Origin: Chloroflexota bacterium
GTDB lineage: Bacteria > Chloroflexota > Dehalococcoidia > UBA2247 > RBG-13-53-26
NCBI GenBank assembly: GCA_016875915.1
Contig: VGOM01000010.1
Coordinates: 959 to 64,958, forward strand
Direction of reading: 5' to 3'
DNA: 64,000 nt
Part shown: positions 58,844-64,000 of the stretch, piece by piece
Layout: the number at the start of each line of letters is the position of its first letter
Position numbering within the stretch: position 1 is the stretch's first letter
The notes under the pieces: model-generated
The model's database searches: none
Told to the model about the DNA's origin: nothing
The model's input: only the letters and a program-made list of their open reading frames with translations
Made by a program: the position numbers and the translations under genes

Positions 58844-60325
58844 GTGACTCATTCCTCGGAGACAGCAGGCCGACTGGACAGCTCGAAGCTGAACGAGCTG
58901 GAGCGGATCTTCTTCCCCAGATCAATCGCCGTGGTGGGCGTCTCCCCCGATCCGGAGGAGATCGCCTCCATGTGGCTGAGGTGCCTGGCAGAGCGGGGCT
59001 TCCAGGGCCACCTCCATGCTGTGAACAGGAAGGGCGGGGAGTTCCTGGGCCGGCCCATCCGGCCCAGCCTCAGCGCGGTCCCCGGCCAGGTGGACCTGGT
59101 CATCGTCTGCATCCCCCGTGGCGGGGTCCTCGATCTGCTCCGGGAGTGCCCGGGCAAGGGGGTCCGGGCGGTCTACTTCTACACCGCCGGCTTCTCGGAA
59201 TCGGGCCAGCCGGAATGGGCCGGCGTGGAGGCGGAGATGGTCCGCCTGGCCAGGGAGGGGGGATTCCGGATCATCGGCCCCAACTGCTTCGGCATCTACA
59301 ACCCGGCCCACGGCATACCCTACGGCCCGTTCAACACCATGCCCCCTGCCGGTTCGGTGGGGCTGATCGTCCAGAGCGGGGGGAACATGGGCAAGATCCT
59401 GGAGTACGGCCTGACCCAGGGACTGGGATTCGGCAAGGGGGTCAGCCTGGGCAATGCCTCCGATCTGGGGGCGGCCGATTTCCTGGAGTACCTGGCCCTT
59501 GACCCCGAGACGCGGGTCATCGGCCTCTATCTGGAGGGGCCGCGGGACACCCGCCGCCTCTTTGAGGTGCTGCGGGCAACTGCGGGAGTCAAGCCCGTGG
59601 TGGTCTGGAAGGGTGGCAGCAGCGCGGCCGGGGCCAGGGCCGCCGCCTCACACACCGGGGCGCTGGCCGCCTCCCCCGCAGTCTGGTCGGCGGCACTGCG
59701 ACAGGCGGGGGCCATAGAGGTCCGCAGTCTGGACGAAATGGCCGACACCCTGCTGCTCCTGGACAGATTCGGGCCACTGCGGCGCAACAACCTGGGGGCC
59801 ATCTGCGGGCTGACCGACGGTGGCGGCGGGGAATCGGTGCTGATCTCCGATGTCTGCGCCGCAGTTGGCATTGATGTCCCCCGGTTGACCGATGCCGCGG
59901 AGCGGGCACTGGTGGACCTCATCGGGCAGGTGGGCAGCGTCCTGGGCAATCCGGTGGACATGAGCCAGTGCCAGAGCGACCCGGAGAAGGTGCAGCGGGC
60001 CATCGACCTGCTGGCCAGCGAGCCCCAGATCGACTTGCTGCTGGTCTATGAGAGCGCCGGCGTCCTGCTGGACCTCTACCCCCGGGAAGTGACGGCGGCT
60101 GTCAACGATGTCATCCTGGCCTTCGCTGGCAAGAAGGCCAAGCCCGTGGTGCTGGTGCTACCCTACGGACCCGCTGAAGCACGCCGCCGGGAGATCGAGC
60201 AGCGCTTCATCGGCGCCGGCATACCCGTCTTGCCCAGCATCGAGCGGGCAGCGAGGGCCATCCGCAACGTGAGTCGGCTCCCCCACACCGCAGGGCCTAG
60301 CCGGTCTTCTTCACGCCGAGGGTGA
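58844..60325 (+). CDS. NDP-forming acyl-CoA synthetase alpha-type (CoA-binding) subunit
   Basis: PRSIAVVG.S, GF.E.G, IIGPNC.G, QSGG, GN..DL, YLEG, AASHTGALA (phospho-His), NPVD; no ATP-grasp domain. Confidence 0.88.
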   Translation: MTHSSETAGRLDSSKLNELERIFFPRSIAVVGVSPDPEEIASMWLRCLAERGFQGHLHAVNRKGGEFLGRPIRPSLSAVPGQVDLVIVCIPRGGVLDLLRECPGKGVRAVYFYTAGFSESGQPEWAGVEAEMVRLAREGGFRIIGPNCFGIYNPAHGIPYGPFNTMPPAGSVGLIVQSGGNMGKILEYGLTQGLGFGKGVSLGNASDLGAADFLEYLALDPETRVIGLYLEGPRDTRRLFEVLRATAGVKPVVVWKGGSSAAGARAAASHTGALAASPAVWSAALRQAGAIEVRSLDEMADTLLLLDRFGPLRRNNLGAICGLTDGGGGESVLISDVCAAVGIDVPRLTDAAERALVDLIGQVGSVLGNPVDMSQCQSDPEKVQRAIDLLASEPQIDLLLVYESAGVLLDLYPREVTAAVNDVILAFAGKKAKPVVLVLPYGPAEARRREIEQRFIGAGIPVLPSIERAARAIRNVSRLPHTAGPSRSSSRRG

Positions 60326-63300
60326 TGGTGCGGCCGTCGATGCGGTGGCTTTCGGTGTGGCAGCCCTCCTCTGGCGGGGAGCAGATGAGCTGCTGCGAGA
60401 GGGTCTCCTGTTGGATGTAGGCCGACAGATTCTCGATGGCCTTCTGCAGGGGCGGCTCCGCCTGGTAGTAGGTGATGATGTAGTCGGCGATCTCGAAGCC
60501 GGCGCTGCGGCGCATGGTCTGCAGGCGGTGGACGATCTCCCGGGCGATGCCTTCATCTACCAGCTCGGGCGGAATGGCGGTGGGCACGGCCACGGCGTAG
60601 CCCCCCTCTTCGGCGACGCAGTAGCCGGGCTGGGTGGCGAGGTCGGCCTCAGGCTCGGCGAAGGCGAGCGCCTTGACGTTGAGCTCCTCCAGCACTTGGG
60701 GGGCCAGGCTCTCCAGTCCCTGCCTTTCGGACTTGGACCGGGTCTTGATGACCACGCTGGCCAGGGGCTGGCGGACCTTGATGCCGGCCTTGCTCCGGGC
60801 GGCCCGGCCCAGGCTGGAGACCTTCATGGCCAGGCGGGTATCGGCGGACAGGCTGGCGTCGACCAGGGAGAGATCGGCGGCAGGGAAGTGGCAGAGGTGG
60901 ACGCTCTCCGGCGCCTTGGGGTCGACCGACCGGACCAGGTTCTGGTACAGCTCCTCGGCGATGAAGGGGGTCAGCGGGGCCAGCAGCTTCGACACTGTGA
61001 CCAGACAGTCATACAGGGCGAAGTAGGCAGACAGCTTGTCCTCGTCGCTGCCGCTCTTCCAGAAGCGGCGGCGGCTTCGGCGGACGTACCAGTTGGAGAG
61101 GTAGTCCACGAACTCCTCGATCCTCCTGCCGGCCTCGGTGGGGTCGTAGCCGTCGAAGGCCCGGTCCACCTGGTCGATGAGCTGGTTCAGCTCGGAGACG
61201 ATCCAGCGGTCCAGCTCGGGCCGGGAGGCGGGGGCCCTGGCCGCTTTGGGATCGAAGCGGTCGATGTTGGCGTAGATGACGAAGAAGGAGTAGGTGTTCC
61301 ACAGCGTAGAGAGGAACTTCCGCATGGACTCGCTGACCAGGTCGGCGGAGAAGCGCTTGACGTTGCCCGGCGGGGTGGCGGTGAACATGTACCAGCGCAG
61401 GGCGTCGGCGCCCTGGTTGCCCACGATCTTCCAGGGGTCGACGACGTTGCCCTTGGCCTTGCTCATCTTCTCGCCCTTGGCATCGAGGATGTGCCCCAGG
61501 CAGATGACGTTCTTGAAGCAGGGCTTCTCGAAGAGCAGCGTGGACAGGGCGTGAAGGGTGTAGAACCAGCCCCGGGTCTGGTCGATGGCCTCGCAGATGT
61601 AGTCGGCGGGGAAGTGGCTGTGGAACTCCTCCCGGTTCTCGAAGGGGTAGTGGAACTGGGCCAGGGGCATGGCCCCGGAGTCGAACCAGGCGTCGAGGAC
61701 CTCGGGCAGCCGCTTCATGGCGCCGCCGCACTGGCGGCAGTCGAAGGTCACGCCGTCCACGTAGGGCCGGTGCAGGTCCAGGGTCCCGGCCAGCCCTTTC
61801 ACGCCCGGCTGGCCCCTCATCTCCTCGATGCTGCCCAGGCACTCCAGGTGCTCCGGGTGCCGGTCGCAGCGCCAGATGGGCAGGGGCGTGCCCCAGTACC
61901 GCTCGCGGGAGAAGGCCCAGTCGATGTTGTTGGCCAGCCAGTCCCCGAAGCGGCCTTCCTTGATGTACTCCGGGTACCAGTTGATGTCCCGGTTGCCGGC
62001 GATGAGCTTGTCCTTCATGGCGGTGGTCTTGATGTACCACGAGGGCTTGGCGTAGTAGAGCAGGGGCGTGCTGCAGCGCCAGCAGAAGGGGTAGGTGTGG
62101 ACGATGGTGGCCCGGTGATGCAGGATGCCCCGCTGCTCCAGGTCGTCCATGATCATGGGGTCGGCCTTCTTGATGAACAGGCCGTCCCAGGGCTTGCCGT
62201 TGGGCAGCATCTTGCCGTCCAGATCGACGCTCTGGACCATGGGCAGCCCCCGCGACTTGCCAAGGTTGAAGTCCTCCTCCCCGAAGGCCGGGGCGATGTG
62301 GACCACGCCTGTGCCGTCGGCCACGGAGACGAAGTCGGCGGCCACCACCCGGCTGCGGGCCGGCAGCTCCCCGACGGGGGCGACGAAGGCGGTCTTGGGC
62401 TCGTATAGCCGCTCGTAGTGGAGTCCATCCAGCTCCCGGCCCTTGAACTCGGCCAGCACCTCGCAGTTGCCGGGCCCCAGAGCCTGGTCGAGAAGGGCTT
62501 TGGCCAGGATGAGCCTCTCGGTGCCGCCCTGCTGACTGCGGCACTGTGCCAGCGCATAGGTCTCGTTGGGGGCGATGGCCAGGGCGATGTTGCCGGTGAG
62601 GGTCCAGGGCGTGGTGGTCCAGGCCAGGACACAGGGCACCTCCGCCGTCCAGCCACGCTTGTCGGCGTCCCAGCCCAGCCTCTGGAGGGCGCTGCCCTCT
62701 GCGTCGTTCTGGTCATCGCCGCTCAGCCGGAAGCGGATGTAGATGGAGGGGTCCTCGGCGTCCTCATACCCCTGGGCCACCTCATGGGAGCTGAGCGAGG
62801 TGCCGCAGCGGGGGCAGTGCGGCGTGACCCGGTGGCCCTGATAGACCAGTCCCTTGTCCCAGAGCTGCTTGATGATCCACCACAGCGACTCGACGTAGTC
62901 GTTGGTGAAGGTGATGTAGGGGTGCTCCATGTCCAGCCAGAAGCCGATCCGCCCGGTCAGCTCCTCCCACCGCTTGAGGTAGCGCTGGACGCTCTCGCGG
63001 CAGCGGGCGTTGAACTTGTCGATGCCGAACTGCTCGATCTGGGCCTTGCTGTTGAAGCGCAGCTCCTTCTCGATCTCCAGCTCCACGGGCAGGCCGTGGG
63101 TGTCCCAGCCCGCCTTGCGGAAGGTGCGGAAGCCCTTCATGGTCTTGTACCGGGGGATGACGTCCTTGTACACCCGGGAGAGGACGTGGTGGATGCCGGG
63201 GTTGCCGTTCACCGTGGGCGGGCCGTCGTACAGCGTGAACAGCGGGCCGTCCCGGTGGAGCGAGGCGCTCTTCTCAAAGACGGCGCTATTCTTCCAGAAG

Positions 63301-63359
63301 TCGAGGACCTGCTCCTCGACCTTGGGAAAGCTCACCTTGCTGCCGACCGGCTTGAACAT
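60297..63359 (-). CDS. ileS: isoleucyl-tRNA synthetase, type 2
   Basis: YDGPP..NG.PGIHH, GWDTHGLPVE, WTTTPWTL, SRERYWGTP, EAIDQTRGWF, KMSKAKGN, long IleRS2 C-terminus. Confidence 0.97.
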   Translation of the reverse strand: MFKPVGSKVSFPKVEEQVLDFWKNSAVFEKSASLHRDGPLFTLYDGPPTVNGNPGIHHVLSRVYKDVIPRYKTMKGFRTFRKAGWDTHGLPVELEIEKELRFNSKAQIEQFGIDKFNARCRESVQRYLKRWEELTGRIGFWLDMEHPYITFTNDYVESLWWIIKQLWDKGLVYQGHRVTPHCPRCGTSLSSHEVAQGYEDAEDPSIYIRFRLSGDDQNDAEGSALQRLGWDADKRGWTAEVPCVLAWTTTPWTLTGNIALAIAPNETYALAQCRSQQGGTERLILAKALLDQALGPGNCEVLAEFKGRELDGLHYERLYEPKTAFVAPVGELPARSRVVAADFVSVADGTGVVHIAPAFGEEDFNLGKSRGLPMVQSVDLDGKMLPNGKPWDGLFIKKADPMIMDDLEQRGILHHRATIVHTYPFCWRCSTPLLYYAKPSWYIKTTAMKDKLIAGNRDINWYPEYIKEGRFGDWLANNIDWAFSRERYWGTPLPIWRCDRHPEHLECLGSIEEMRGQPGVKGLAGTLDLHRPYVDGVTFDCRQCGGAMKRLPEVLDAWFDSGAMPLAQFHYPFENREEFHSHFPADYICEAIDQTRGWFYTLHALSTLLFEKPCFKNVICLGHILDAKGEKMSKAKGNVVDPWKIVGNQGADALRWYMFTATPPGNVKRFSADLVSESMRKFLSTLWNTYSFFVIYANIDRFDPKAARAPASRPELDRWIVSELNQLIDQVDRAFDGYDPTEAGRRIEEFVDYLSNWYVRRSRRRFWKSGSDEDKLSAYFALYDCLVTVSKLLAPLTPFIAEELYQNLVRSVDPKAPESVHLCHFPAADLSLVDASLSADTRLAMKVSSLGRAARSKAGIKVRQPLASVVIKTRSKSERQGLESLAPQVLEELNVKALAFAEPEADLATQPGYCVAEEGGYAVAVPTAIPPELVDEGIAREIVHRLQTMRRSAGFEIADYIITYYQAEPPLQKAIENLSAYIQQETLSQQLICSPPEEGCHTESHRIDGRTITLGVKKTG

Positions 63360-63452
63360 GCTCTGCTCTTTCCGCACCCAATCATAAGTCCCCTTCCCCA
63401 GAGGAGAAAGGGACTCAACAACCTCAGGCAATCGGGGCTGTGATTGTCAACG

Positions 63453-64000
63453 TCATCTTCCGGGGAAGTCCGGCTTCCTCTTCTCCATGAAGGCGGAGAT
63501 GCCCTCCCGGGAATCCGCGGTCTGGAAGTGGGCCATGGAGGCCGACTTCTCCAGCTCGATGCCGGTGTAGAGATCGACCTGCATCCCCCGGTTCACGGCG
63601 AACTTGATGAACTTCGAGGCCATGGGGCTCTTCTCCTTCAGCTTGTTGGCCACGGCCATCACCGTCTCCTCCAGCTTGTCGGCGGGCACGGCCTTGTTGA
63701 TCAGGCCCCACTTCTCGGCGTCCTTGGCGGAGAGCCAGTCGCCGGTGAACAGGAGTTCCCTGGCCACCCTGAGGGGGATGAGCCGGGGCAGCCGCTGCGT
63801 CCCGCCCCCGGTGGGGATCAGCCCGAAGTTGGCGTGCTGATCGCCGATCTTGGCGTCGTCGGCGGCATAGGCCAGGTCGCAGGCCTGCATCACCTCGATC
63901 CCCCCCGCGAGACAGAGGCCGTTGACCATGGCGATGACCACCTTGGACATGTGCTCGATGAGGTAAGTGGTGGCGTCGAACATCCGGCCGTAGTTCACGA
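63453..64000 (-). CDS. enoyl-CoA hydratase/isomerase family protein (5' end outside window)
   Basis: IA.VNG..LAGG.E....CD, GLIP.GGGTQRLPR, EG..AF.EKR.P.F. Confidence 0.88.
   Translation of the reverse strand, partial: VNYGRMFDATTYLIEHMSKVVIAMVNGLCLAGGIEVMQACDLAYAADDAKIGDQHANFGLIPTGGGTQRLPRLIPLRVARELLFTGDWLSAKDAEKWGLINKAVPADKLEETVMAVANKLKEKSPMASKFIKFAVNRGMQVDLYTGIELEKSASMAHFQTADSREGISAFMEKRKPDFPGR

Noticed and set aside
60345-62544. Long alternative-frame ORFs over ileS (also over nuoL, nuoH and the fadE genes)
   Set aside because: These are expected shadow ORFs from high GC3 codon bias, with no motifs or RBS.
63360-63452. T-box riboswitch upstream of ileS
   Set aside because: The gap is only about 90 nt and no AGGGTGGNACCGCG T-box sequence is present.

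Overview
This is a GC-rich bacterial chromosome segment whose gene content and style best fit an anaerobic Chloroflexota of class Dehalococcoidia (inferred from an unlinked 23S rRNA, a dnaB-dnaD-double-AAA+ loader operon, an 11-subunit nuo operon and a large SRP RNA). From left to right it holds: the 5' 1.74 kb of a 23S rRNA gene with its own promoters and no 16S upstream; rpsT and rel; a DUF47-phoU-pit phosphate module; tilS and mtaB; a replication operon with rplI; and an ~12 kb CoA-dependent catabolic region. That region has an HMG-CoA-synthase-like pseudoenzyme fused to DUF35 plus a thiolase, followed by a FadE26/FadE27-Ltp4/Ltp3-DUF35x2-EchA19-like set resembling actinobacterial sterol side-chain degradation. 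Next come small monocistronic genes (including a classical C2H2 zinc-finger microprotein), tRNA-Leu(TAG), SRP RNA, rsmA-ispE, dinG, and corA-MBL-Mut7C-cca. The nuoABC-DHIJK-LMN operon carries two embedded, translationally coupled extra genes: a cobalamin-binding radical SAM enzyme and a 64-aa protein. The window ends with htrA, an NDP-forming acyl-CoA synthetase alpha subunit, and a type-2 ileS with a GIHH signature. The best candidates for undescribed systems are the radical SAM-containing complex I operon and the anaerobic sterol-like/pseudo-HMGS catabolic island. No CRISPR array, integrase or transposase was seen. All family assignments come from motif recognition by eye; no database searches were run.
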